64,000 bases of DNA from Gammaproteobacteria bacterium (GTDB lineage Bacteria; Pseudomonadota; Gammaproteobacteria; Eutrophobiales; Eutrophobiaceae). The notes below the pieces were generated by a model. That model did no database searches. It worked only from the letters and a program-made list of their open reading frames with translations, and had not been told where the DNA came from. Location of the stretch: NCBI GenBank assembly GCA_965205955.1, contig OZ242192.1:2376796-2440795 (forward strand), read 5' to 3'. The first letter of the stretch is position 1, and each line of letters opens with the position of its first letter. The position numbers and the translations under genes were made by a program. Below, one piece after another: positions 1-7,896 of this stretch.

Positions 1-302
1 GATACCGTGCCAGCAAAGTATGACCGTTATAATGAAAATCACCTATGACAGGCACCTCGCATCCCTTTGCCGCCAGCCGCTCGCAAATAGGCGCAACCTG
101 TCTCGCCGCCTCATCGGTATTAACAGTGACGCGAACCAACTCCGAACCCGCCGCAGCAAGCTGCCGGATCTGCGTGACGGTTGAATTCAAATCAGCCGTA
201 TCGGTATTGGTCATTGACTGCACAACAACAGGATGACCGCCGCCCATGGCCACTGAGCCTACCTTGACAGAAACACTATCGCGTCTCTTTGACAGCGCAC
301 AC
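1..302 (-). CDS. ispG: 4-hydroxy-3-methylbut-2-enyl diphosphate synthase IspG, N-terminal part (gene continues beyond the window start)
   Basis: Minus-strand translation reads ...[94 protein letters not shown]. This is colinear with the E. coli IspG N-terminus ([29 protein letters not shown]...). The in-frame start is probably GTG at 302; an internal ATG lies at 247. Confidence 0.8.
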
Positions 303-594
303 ATTGAAGACATTGAGTAAGGAACCCGACTATTGAATATAGCCGGCAGTCTCAATGACCGCAGCCTGACTGTCAAGAAAACAGAGAAAAAACCAGGGAG
401 TGTAGTACGTAAACATATTCAGTAGTATAATCGGATCCCTGATAAACAAAAGATCTAAGGAGTCTCTCACATGCAAATACCAACGCACATTTGTTGCACC
501 GCTTGCGGCATCCTTGCTGCTGGCCGGATACCGATTTCCTGTTTATCCCTCCATCGGTCTGGCGATGGCGGGCAAAAATCGAGAGGAAACAGCG

Positions 595-1023
595 ATGGAA
601 ACAACCGTTCATAGCACGGCGATGAGCCGGAAACATTCCGCCCTCGTCGCCGTTGCAGGCGTAGCTCTCGCCCTTCTACTTGCCTTCATTCTGACACTTT
701 TACCGAAAGAGAAAGCCATTCTTGCGCTCGCGGTTTTTGTCGGTATGTTCAGCGGCGTTTATTTCGGCGTGGCGCTGTCGCCGACCGGCATCAAAAATAC
801 AGTGATGAACATCGCCATGGCGCTGATTTTTTTGGCGCTTGCATTTCTAGGGGCATGGCTTAGTCCGATGTTTTTCGCACTGGCGTGCTTTATGCATGCA
901 GCGTGGGATTTTGTCATCGGGCATCCCAAGGCACTCAACGAGCCGATTGCCCCGTGGTACATGCCGATATGCGTCGGCGCAGATATTGTCCTCGGCGTAT
1001 TCATCATCTTCTGGTTTTTCTGA
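595..1023 (+). CDS. small integral membrane protein of unknown function, about 4 TM helices
   Basis: ORF 514..1023 is strongly hydrophobic (LVAVAGVALALLLAFILTLLP, AMALIFLALAFLGAWL). The ATG at 595 is preceded by GAGAGGAAA, a Shine-Dalgarno-like sequence, at -7. Confidence 0.5.
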   Translation: METTVHSTAMSRKHSALVAVAGVALALLLAFILTLLPKEKAILALAVFVGMFSGVYFGVALSPTGIKNTVMNIAMALIFLALAFLGAWLSPMFFALACFMHAAWDFVIGHPKALNEPIAPWYMPICVGADIVLGVFIIFWFF

Positions 1024-1226
1024 ACGGCGCATCGCGGCGGCGATAGACAGCTTCATTCCAAATAACAATTTTTCCAGGATTGAGCCGTGACCCGGCGCAA
1101 GACACGGTCACATTACTCCGCAGACCGGAAACGATGAACCCCATTTCGACCGGGATACAGGAAAGGGATCCATTCCCGCCCAAAAAAAGCATATAAACAG
1201 TCCTGACCTTAAGTTTTAGGCAGAAT

Positions 1227-1284
1227 TGTGACTCCGATCACGCATAAAGGCATATGAATTATCCGATTTGTGAACCAAGTCACA
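1227..1284. promoter_or_regulatory. two tandem CRP/FNR-family-like palindromic operator sites
   Basis: Site 1 is 1227-1242, TGTGActccgaTCACg. Site 2 is 1269-1284, TGTGAaccaagTCACA, a perfect CRP half-site consensus. Their centres are 42 bp apart, about four helical turns. Site 2 is centred about 42 bp upstream of a predicted start site after a TAAAAT -10-like hexamer (1306-1311), which is class II geometry. Confidence 0.35.
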
Positions 1285-1635
1285 ACTTATTCTAAATATA
1301 TCGTCTAAAATTACTTACAGTATCCATATAAACATATATAGGTGCCTGCAAGATGTATTTTTGAGTATGAGTGCTTGGGATCGTATCTACCACTTCCCTC
1401 CTTCCTCCGGTAACAACGGTTTCAAGCACTTTTTTTTCAGCGGTTCAATACCCACCATTCAAAAAAGCTCCCGGATAATTAAAGAAAGAATCTGCACAGC
1501 CTGATCGAACCCTGCGCAGATCCGACAAGCCCCGAACAAACTCACTACCGAGTTTCCGGATCCTCTGCCATTTTGTCAATCCCGGCACGGTAAACGGAAT
1601 GGAAAGGGGGGGCACAGCACATTTTCTCGGACGCA

Positions 1636-1666
1636 AATAAAAAAGGGCGGCACCGCAGCACCGCCC
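1636..1666 (-). terminator. rho-independent terminator of the tracrRNA
   Basis: Minus strand GGGCGGUGC-UGCG-GUGCCGCCC forms a 9-bp stem (two G-U wobbles) followed by UUUUUUAUUU. On the plus strand the sequence is aaataaaaaagggcggcaccgcagcaccgccc. Confidence 0.6.
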
Positions 1667-1768
1667 TTGCACCTTTATTAAAGGGTTTGGCGCGAATCTC
1701 GAAGATTCCTTGTTAACGGACTAACGAGACCGCATTTCCTTGTGTGTGTTTGACATTCTATCAAGCAC
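1636..1768 (-). ncRNA. tracrRNA (trans-activating crRNA) of the adjacent type II CRISPR-Cas system
   Basis: The minus strand at 1749..1726 reads ACACACAAGGAAAUGCGGUCUC. This is perfectly complementary (22-23 nt) to nt 9-31 of the crRNA-sense CRISPR repeat GUUGCGGUGAGACCGCAUUUCCUUGUGUGUUACAAU. It is followed by GUUAGUCCGUUAAC, which resembles the S. pyogenes nexus UAGUCCGUUAUC. Two small hairpins follow (GAAUCUUCGAGAUUC and CCUUUAAUAAAGG). The last element is a GC-rich terminator hairpin with a U-tract. A TTGACG-N16-TATAAT promoter lies just upstream on the same strand. Confidence 0.6.
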
Positions 1769-1779
1769 AATCTTATTAT
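1750..1779 (+). promoter_or_regulatory. candidate cas9 promoter, arranged face-to-face with the tracrRNA promoter
   Basis: Plus-strand TTGACA (1750-1755), 18 nt, then TATTAT (1774-1779). This -10 occupies the same AT-rich hexamer region as the minus-strand TATAAT of the tracrRNA promoter. The cas9 ATG is at 1819. Confidence 0.3.
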
Positions 1780-1802
1780 ACGAATTCATTCTCTATCGTC
1801 AA
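1775..1802 (-). promoter_or_regulatory. sigma70-like promoter for the tracrRNA
   Basis: The minus strand has TTGACG (1802..1797), 16 nt, then TATAAT (1780..1775). The predicted start site is about 1768, roughly 18 nt upstream of the anti-repeat. Confidence 0.45.
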
Positions 1803-1818
1803 CTGTTATCTACAAAAG

Positions 1819-4800
1819 ATGGGAAAATTTACAACTCGGCTAGGTTTAGATCTCGGCACGGATTCCATCGGCTGGATGCTTTATCGGCTTGCCGATGGCG
1901 GCGAAATTGCGTCCGTCATCGGCGGCGGTGTGCGCGTTTTCTCGGAGGGACGCAACCATAAAAGTTTAGCTTCGCTAAACGCGGACCGTCGCAAAGCGCG
2001 GAGCATACGGCGCAATTTTTTCCGCAAATCGCAACGGCGCAACCGGTTGTTGCAATCGCTGGCAGAATTCGGATTGTTTCCCGCGAAAACAGAAAACGGC
2101 GAAATCATCCCCGATTACATCACTGGAAAAGCATTGGAAAAATTAGACCCGTGGCGATTGCGTGCGGAAGGAGCGGCAAGAGCATTGCCGCCGTATCATG
2201 TCGGTCGGGCGTTATTTCACTTGAATCAGCGGCGCGGTTTCAAAAGCAACGCCAAAACTGACGACGAGAGCGACAGCAAAGTCATCGGCAAAGCGCGCGA
2301 AAAATTGCGCGAGGCGCGAGGCGAATTGACGGTAGGTCAATATCTTCACTCGCGTCGCCAAAACACCGACAGCCCCAGTCATGAACGCACTGTCCGCGCT
2401 CGCCCCCTCAAAGTAACCGCAAAAGGAGTGGGAGAATATGAGCCGCTGTATCCATTTCGGGACGACATCGCAGAAGAGTTTGACAGAATCTGGGACACGC
2501 AAAAAACCGCGAATCCCGATTTTGGAAAAACCGCAAGCGGCGAATGCGGACGCGAAATAATCCGCGCGATTATCGTCGACCAGCGCGACTTAAAACCGCC
2601 GATTGTCGGCAAATGCCCCTTTTATCCCGACTTGAATCGAGCGCCGATGGCGTTGCCGTCATTTCAACGATTCCGAATTTTCAACGATTTGAATCATCTG
2701 GAATACAGCGATGAAAACGGACTCCATCAACTGATCATCGATGAGCGCGAGAAGATTCTTGATTGGCTTTTGAGCAAGAATCGGATGTCCTTTGACGACA
2801 TGCGCGAGAAAATCCTTAAAAACGAAGGGGCGAAATTCAATTACGAAAAAACCATCCGGCTGAAGCGCAATAAGAATAAACCCGAAATAAGAGAGGGAGA
2901 GGAGAAAGCGCGCCGCAAAAGCATCAACGGCGACATCACCGGCTATAAACTCCGCAACGCTCTCGGCAAGCATTGGGGCGCGCTAAAATGCGAAAGCGGA
3001 CTTTTAGCAAGTCAGGATAAATTCGTCCAGATTCTTCTGGACGAAAGTGAGGAAACTGCGCGTAAAATTCTCACCGACTGGGGATTAAGCGAGGACGAAA
3101 TTACTGCGGCATTCAAGGTGACTGCAGGATTGCCGAAAGGTCGTGCGCGTTTTTCCGGCAAAGCGATTCGGGCGTTTATTCCATATCTGGAAAAAGGAGA
3201 TTTGCTCGGCGATGCAATTGACAATGCGCAAGCCGACGGAAAAATCGGCAAACGGCACACAGACGACGGCGGCAAAATTTACGACAAACTGCCGCGCTAT
3301 CAAGAGGTCGGGCGATTGCGTCATCTTTGCCTGCCGCGAGTCCCCGAAGACGAAGACAAACCGGAAAATCAACGCATTCCCAATCCGACCGTGCATGTCG
3401 GATTAAATCAAGTGCGCGCGGTGGTGAACGACATCATTCGCATTTATGAAATTGACAACAAATCGCTGCAGATTGCGCTGGAAATTGGCCGCGATTTGCC
3501 TGTCGGCGCGAAAGGTCGCAAGGAGCGCGAAAGAGAAAACTCGGACAACCGCGACAATAGCGAGCGCATCGCTGCGCGGCTGAAAGAATTCTCAAAATTC
3601 CGCAACATGGAGACATCTGACATAATCAAGCGCCACATGCACTACATTAAGAAATGGAAACTATGGGAGGAATTATCTAAAAATTGCCTTGACCGCAAAT
3701 GCGTATTTTGCGGAAAAGTTCAAATAACCGCCAAAGATCTCGTGTCGGCGGACAGCGGAATCGAAATTGAGCACATTCTTCCGTTTAAGGAAACGCTTGA
3801 CAACGGTTACATGAATTTAACTCTGGCCTGTCAGGCATGCAATCAGGCAAAGAGAAAGAATGACCCCTATGCGGCGTTTGGCCACGATGAATCCCGCTGG
3901 CTTGGAATTCGCAAACGCGCGAGCAAATTGCCGCATGCCAAATTCGGGCGTTTTGACAAAGGCGCGTTGGAAAAGCGCAAATTTGACAAGGATTCTTTTT
4001 TGCCGCGTCAACTGCCAGAAACGCAGTATATCAGCCGTGCGGCATTGCATTATCTGCAGGCGATTTGTCCGGATGTTTATGTCATGCCGGGACGACTGAC
4101 TGGATTACTGCGAAGCAAATGGGGACTTAACAGCATCCTCGCGGATTTTCGGGGCGACGACAAAGATAAAAACATCAGCACTAAAAACCGCGAAGATCAT
4201 CGCCATCATGCGATTGACGCGGCGGTCGTCGGCGCAACGACGCGAAGCGTTTTGCAAAAAGTGGCGACGGCGGCAAATACCGGAATGGACAGTGAGCACT
4301 TGTTTTCCGATAAGGTGCCATGGCCTACCGCCGGAGAGGAAAATTTTCGGCGGATGGTGAAATCGGCAATTGGCAAAATTGTCATTTCGCACAAGCCGCG
4401 CCGTCACAAACAGGGCAAACTGCACGACGAAACGGCCTATCGCGTTGGTAAACAAGATGGCCCTTGGACTGTTGTATCCCATCACATCCCCATTTCCAAA
4501 TTGACCGCGCAAGCTCTCTACGAGGAAACGTCAGAAAACGAATTCGCGAACACATGGGGAAAAGCCGCAAAACTCCGAGACCACAAAAATTTGCGGCGGC
4601 GCCTGATTGATTGGAAAACAGAATTCGGCGGCGATTTCAAAAAAGCTCTTGAAAAAGCGCGCGAATGCGGAATCCGCCGAGTTGAGGTAATGGAGCGAAA
4701 ACGAGCAGATTCGCTAATCCCAATTCGCCATAAAGGAAAAGGCGGCGACGGCGGAGTCAAGCATTACTTACCCGGCAGCAATTGGGCGTACGAAATTCGC

Positions 4801-5199
4801 CTTTGCCACAACGGACTATGGGAAGGCAAAGCCATCACCACCTTTGAAGCAAACGCTCGCAAAGCAGCCGATGAGACATCAGAGCCGCTCCCGCTTGTCA
4901 TGCGTCTACACCGCGGTGACATGGTGATTTTGCAAAACCCTAATGACAATGACTTGAAGAAATTGAGCAAGAAACACGGCTCAATAATCGGATATGTCAC
5001 TCAAATCAGTGACGGTTATGTCGCAATTGCAGAACATACTGATGCGGTTCCGGATAGTCGGAGTCGAAAAAATGACAACAGCCAGAGCCGCTTCATCTTT
5101 CTCACTTCGGGAGATGTTTTTCGAACACGAAAAGTGCGGAAGATAGATGTCAGCCCGGCGGGATTAATTCGGAAAAACCCCATTCCCACAAACCAATGA
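1819..5199 (+). CDS. cas9: Cas9 endonuclease, about 1127 aa, RuvC and HNH motifs intact
   Basis: RuvC-I: MGKFTTRLGLDLGTDSIGWML. Arg-rich bridge helix: RRKARSIRRNFFRKSQRRNRLL. RuvC-II: LQIALEIGRDL. HNH: IEIEHILPFKETLDNGYMNLTLACQACNQAKRKND, with CVFCG and CQAC zinc-ribbon cysteines. RuvC-III: HRHHAIDAAVVGATT. The gene overlaps the cas1 start (ATGA). Confidence 0.92.
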   Translation: MGKFTTRLGLDLGTDSIGWMLYRLADGGEIASVIGGGVRVFSEGRNHKSLASLNADRRKARSIRRNFFRKSQRRNRLLQSLAEFGLFPAKTENGEIIPDYITGKALEKLDPWRLRAEGAARALPPYHVGRALFHLNQRRGFKSNAKTDDESDSKVIGKAREKLREARGELTVGQYLHSRRQNTDSPSHERTVRARPLKVTAKGVGEYEPLYPFRDDIAEEFDRIWDTQKTANPDFGKTASGECGREIIRAIIVDQRDLKPPIVGKCPFYPDLNRAPMALPSFQRFRIFNDLNHLEYSDENGLHQLIIDEREKILDWLLSKNRMSFDDMREKILKNEGAKFNYEKTIRLKRNKNKPEIREGEEKARRKSINGDITGYKLRNALGKHWGALKCESGLLASQDKFVQILLDESEETARKILTDWGLSEDEITAAFKVTAGLPKGRARFSGKAIRAFIPYLEKGDLLGDAIDNAQADGKIGKRHTDDGGKIYDKLPRYQEVGRLRHLCLPRVPEDEDKPENQRIPNPTVHVGLNQVRAVVNDIIRIYEIDNKSLQIALEIGRDLPVGAKGRKERERENSDNRDNSERIAARLKEFSKFRNMETSDIIKRHMHYIKKWKLWEELSKNCLDRKCVFCGKVQITAKDLVSADSGIEIEHILPFKETLDNGYMNLTLACQACNQAKRKNDPYAAFGHDESRWLGIRKRASKLPHAKFGRFDKGALEKRKFDKDSFLPRQLPETQYISRAALHYLQAICPDVYVMPGRLTGLLRSKWGLNSILADFRGDDKDKNISTKNREDHRHHAIDAAVVGATTRSVLQKVATAANTGMDSEHLFSDKVPWPTAGEENFRRMVKSAIGKIVISHKPRRHKQGKLHDETAYRVGKQDGPWTVVSHHIPISKLTAQALYEETSENEFANTWGKAAKLRDHKNLRRRLIDWKTEFGGDFKKALEKARECGIRRVEVMERKRADSLIPIRHKGKGGDGGVKHYLPGSNWAYEIRLCHNGLWEGKAITTFEANARKAADETSEPLPLVMRLHRGDMVILQNPNDNDLKKLSKKHGSIIGYVTQISDGYVAIAEHTDAVPDSRSRKNDNSQSRFIFLTSGDVFRTRKVRKIDVSPAGLIRKNPIPTNQ

Positions 5200-6119
5200 C
5201 CGGGCGCATTGTTGAAATTGCCGAGGGCGGACGGCATCTCTCGCTGCATCGCGGATTTATGGAAGTGCGCCACAACGATGAATTGCTCGCGCGAATTCCG
5301 CTTGATGATTTGCTTGCCGTTATCGTCAGCGGACACGGCTGCACGCATTCTTCCAATCTTATCGCCGCTTTCGCCGAGCGCGGAACGCCTTTTATTATCT
5401 GCGCCGCAAACTATCAGCCGATTGCATGGACGATTCCGCTGTTCGGCCATCATGCGCAAAGCGCGCGAATGCAGGCGCAGGCCAGAGCTAAACTTCCTCT
5501 CAAAAAACGGCTGTGGCAGCAAGTTGTCCGCACCAAAATCAGCAATCAGGCCGCAGTGTTGGAGGTATTCGGTAGTGGCGGCAACCGATTGAAAAGGCTT
5601 TCAACTAATGTGCGCTCCGGAGACCCGTCTAATGTGGAAGCGCAAGCTGCAAGATATTATTGGAGTGCACTGTTCCCTGACAGATTCTCGCGCAATAAAA
5701 ACGGCGGAGGCATTAATTCTCTCTTGAATTACGGCTACGCGATAATTCGCTCGTGCGTCGCAAGAGGCGTGACGGCGGCGGGATTACATCCGACGATTGG
5801 CATTCATCATCGTGGGCCGACCAATCCAATGTGTCTTGTGGACGATCTGATGGAACCGTTTCGTCCGCTTGCCGATTGCGTTGTTCGGAATCTCATCGAC
5901 AAAGGAATCCATGAAATCAGCCCCGATGTTAAAAGGATTCTCGCTTCGCTCGCCGTGATGGACATGCCCGGTCCGTCCGGCGTAACAACTTTGTTTACCG
6001 CCGCCGCACGGTTTGCCACTTCACTCGCGCAAATTCTAATGGGCGAAAATTCATCTTTGGAAACGCCGCAAATGCCGACACCGCTTACGCTGTTGTCAGT
6101 TGCCGACGGCAATGACTGA
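5196..6119 (+). CDS. cas1: Cas1 integrase
   Basis: 307 aa with typical Cas1 motifs: EAQAARYYW, SLLNYGYAIIRSCVARGV, HPTIGIHHRG and CLVDDLMEPFRP. The start ATG overlaps the cas9 stop. Confidence 0.9.
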   Translation: MTGRIVEIAEGGRHLSLHRGFMEVRHNDELLARIPLDDLLAVIVSGHGCTHSSNLIAAFAERGTPFIICAANYQPIAWTIPLFGHHAQSARMQAQARAKLPLKKRLWQQVVRTKISNQAAVLEVFGSGGNRLKRLSTNVRSGDPSNVEAQAARYYWSALFPDRFSRNKNGGGINSLLNYGYAIIRSCVARGVTAAGLHPTIGIHHRGPTNPMCLVDDLMEPFRPLADCVVRNLIDKGIHEISPDVKRILASLAVMDMPGPSGVTTLFTAAARFATSLAQILMGENSSLETPQMPTPLTLLSVADGND

Positions 6120-6228
6120 AGGCTAAGCAGCTATCGTATAATGCGGCATCGTTTGCGCCCCCCCGCATGATGACTGAAATATTGAGTAGCTATCGGATAA
6201 TGTGGATGTTTGTGATGTTTGAGACCTG
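6113..6228. repeat. diverged 58-bp tandem duplication of the cas1-stop/cas2-start junction
   Basis: Unit 1 (6113-6170) is atgactgaaggctaagcAGCTATCGtATAATGcgg.... Unit 2 (6171-6228) is atgactgaaatattgagtAGCTATCGgATAATGtgg.... Unit 1 retains only a 4-codon relic, ATGACTGAAGGCTAA, overlapping the cas1 stop. Unit 2 supplies the cas2 start, MMTEILSSYR. Confidence 0.6.
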
Positions 6229-6504
6229 CCGGTGGGAACGAAAAAAGAACGCACTCAGGCAACCAGTTTTCGCAATCATCTGCTCGGTCTTGGGTTTGAA
6301 ATGGTGCAGTTTTCTGTTTATTCGCGTTTCTGCTCAGGTAAGGAGCGCGTGGAAACCTTGGCGCAACAAGTCGCCGCGAATCTGCCGGTGGGCGGTAAAG
6401 TGGACATCCTTTCATTTACCGACAAGCAGTACGAAAACATTATCAGCTTTGAAGGGCGCACACCGCAAACGCGTGAAAAACCGCATCAACTCACGCTGCT
6501 ATGA
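6167..6504 (+). pseudogene. cas2: cas2 with a frameshift (net +2/-1 nt near 6221-6226), or a sequencing error in an otherwise intact cas2
   Basis: Frame A from ATG 6167/6170 gives MMTEILSSYRIMWMFVMFE.... Frame B from 6223 gives DLPVGTKKERTQATSFRNHLLGLGFEMVQFSVYSRFCSGKERVETL...GKVDILSFTDKQYENIISFEG. Together they are colinear with S. pyogenes Cas2 ([47 protein letters not shown]...[22 protein letters not shown]). Deleting GA from tttGAGAcctg restores ATG TTT GAC CTG CCG, which is M F D L P. In frame B a TGA at 6220-6222 sits just upstream of the first Cas2-like codon. Confidence 0.6.
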
Positions 6505-6577
6505 ATCGAATCGCCGCGTTTTTTGGAAGGGAATCGCCCTCGTTTTTCCCGCAAATTCAATGGGATAGACAAGGACG

Positions 6578-7802
6578 ATTGTAACACACAAGGAAATGCG
6601 GTCTCACCGCAACGGAATCCCGGAATTAGCAAAGCACTATTTTATTGTAACACACAAGGAAATGCGGTCTCACCGCAACTTTGCTCCAGATACCTGTATA
6701 TAACTGGTTAATTGTAACACACAAGGAAATGCGGTCTCACCGCAACTGACTCTCTTGAGGACCGCCGACGCGCCGAATTGTAACACACAAGGAAATGCGG
6801 TCTCACCGCAACGCTTTGGCGATACTGGCAAGAGCGTGATAGATTGTAACACACAAGGAAATGCGGTCTCACCGCAACCTAAAATGCAACTGATAGGGAT
6901 GCTGTGTCATTGTAACACACAAGGAAATGCGGTCTCACCGCAACTTGAAATGTCACAACCCCCGCAAGTATTATATTGTAACACACAAGGAAATGCGGTC
7001 TCACCGCAACGCCGGTGTTGCGTTCGAGCGCCTGCATTTGATTGTAACACACAAGGAAATGCGGTCTCACCGCAACGATATTTCGATGCTGAAGGTGCCT
7101 CGGCTGATTGTAACACACAAGGAAATGCGGTCTCACCGCAACTGATTTGCAAAATGAGGTAGATCGTTGTATATTGTAACACACAAGGAAATGCGGTCTC
7201 ACCGCAACACTCACTCTCTTCAATCTTGCTCTGTAGTCATTGTAACACACAAGGAAATGCGGTCTCACCGCAACAGCAACAATCGTGCCAGAAAACCTAA
7301 AAGTATTGTAACACACAAGGAAATGCGGTCTCACCGCAACGGCGCATTATTGAAAGCCCGCACGTGTAACATTGTAACACACAAGGAAATGCGGTCTCAC
7401 CGCAACTGAAGAAACCTACTACCAAAAAATACGTCAATTGTAACACACAAGGAAATGCGGTCTCACCGCAACGAAAAGAGATTTGCCCCAAAGCGGACTA
7501 TCATTGTAACACACAAGGAAATGCGGTCTCACCGCAACTAATAGGTGTTATGCGCCATGCCTGTGGGTATTGTAACACACAAGGAAATGCGGTCTCACCG
7601 CAACCACAAACAACGGCTTATGTCAAGTTTTGCTATTGTAACACACAAGGAAATGCGGTCTCACCGCAACAGTCATTGAGTCTCAGGCAGTAGCTATCCT
7701 ATTGTAACACACAAGGAAATGCGGTCTCACCGCAACAGTCATCAAGGCCGGGCTGGCCACCCTTTGATTATAACCCACAAGGAAATGCCACTTCACCGCA
7801 AC
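6578..7802 (-). CRISPR. CRISPR array of 19 repeats (36 bp) and 18 spacers (30-31 bp); the terminal repeat (7767-7802) is degenerate; transcribed on the minus strand from promoters embedded in each repeat
   Basis: The plus-strand repeat ATTGTAACACACAAGGAAATGCGGTCTCACCGCAAC starts at 6578, 6644, 6711, 6777, 6843, 6909, 6975, 7041, 7107, 7173, 7239, 7305, 7371, 7437, 7503, 7569, 7635 and 7701. A degenerate copy, attataacccacaaggaaatgccacttcaccgcaac, is at 7767. The reverse complement GTTGCGGTGAGACCGCATTTCCTTGTGTGTTACAAT ends in an extended -10 (TGnTACAAT). The N. meningitidis II-C repeat does the same (GTTGTAGCTCCCTTTCTCATTTCGCAGTGCTACAAT). Confidence 0.95.
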
Positions 7803-7896
7803 CGGTGCAATGTTAGCCCTTGAGTGATAATCAGCTTTGCACCGAACCCGACTGCGGCTATAATAGGCCGTTAATTCTCTGTGGCCTGGACCGATA

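Noticed and set aside
1445-1672. 75-aa minus-strand ORF between the CRP-like sites and cas9
   Set aside because: Low-complexity translation, no RBS, and it overlaps the tracrRNA terminator hairpin. The region is better explained as non-coding RNA or regulatory DNA.
6755-7491. Several 60-150-aa ORFs on both strands with internally repetitive peptides (CNTQGNAVSPQ and similar)
   Set aside because: They are artefacts of reading through the 36-bp CRISPR repeats in frame.
7681-7700. 9-mer gtagctatc shared between spacer 17 and the cas1/cas2 junction repeat (6129, 6187)
   Set aside because: Too short to indicate self-targeting or leader derivation; chance matches of this length are expected in 64 kb.
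7803-7896. Inverted repeat GGTGCAA…TTGCACC and a GGCTATAATAGGCC box between the array and guaB, considered as a PurR box or second anti-repeat
   Set aside because: It does not match the PurR consensus and has no repeat complementarity. It is most simply the guaB promoter (-10 TATAAT).
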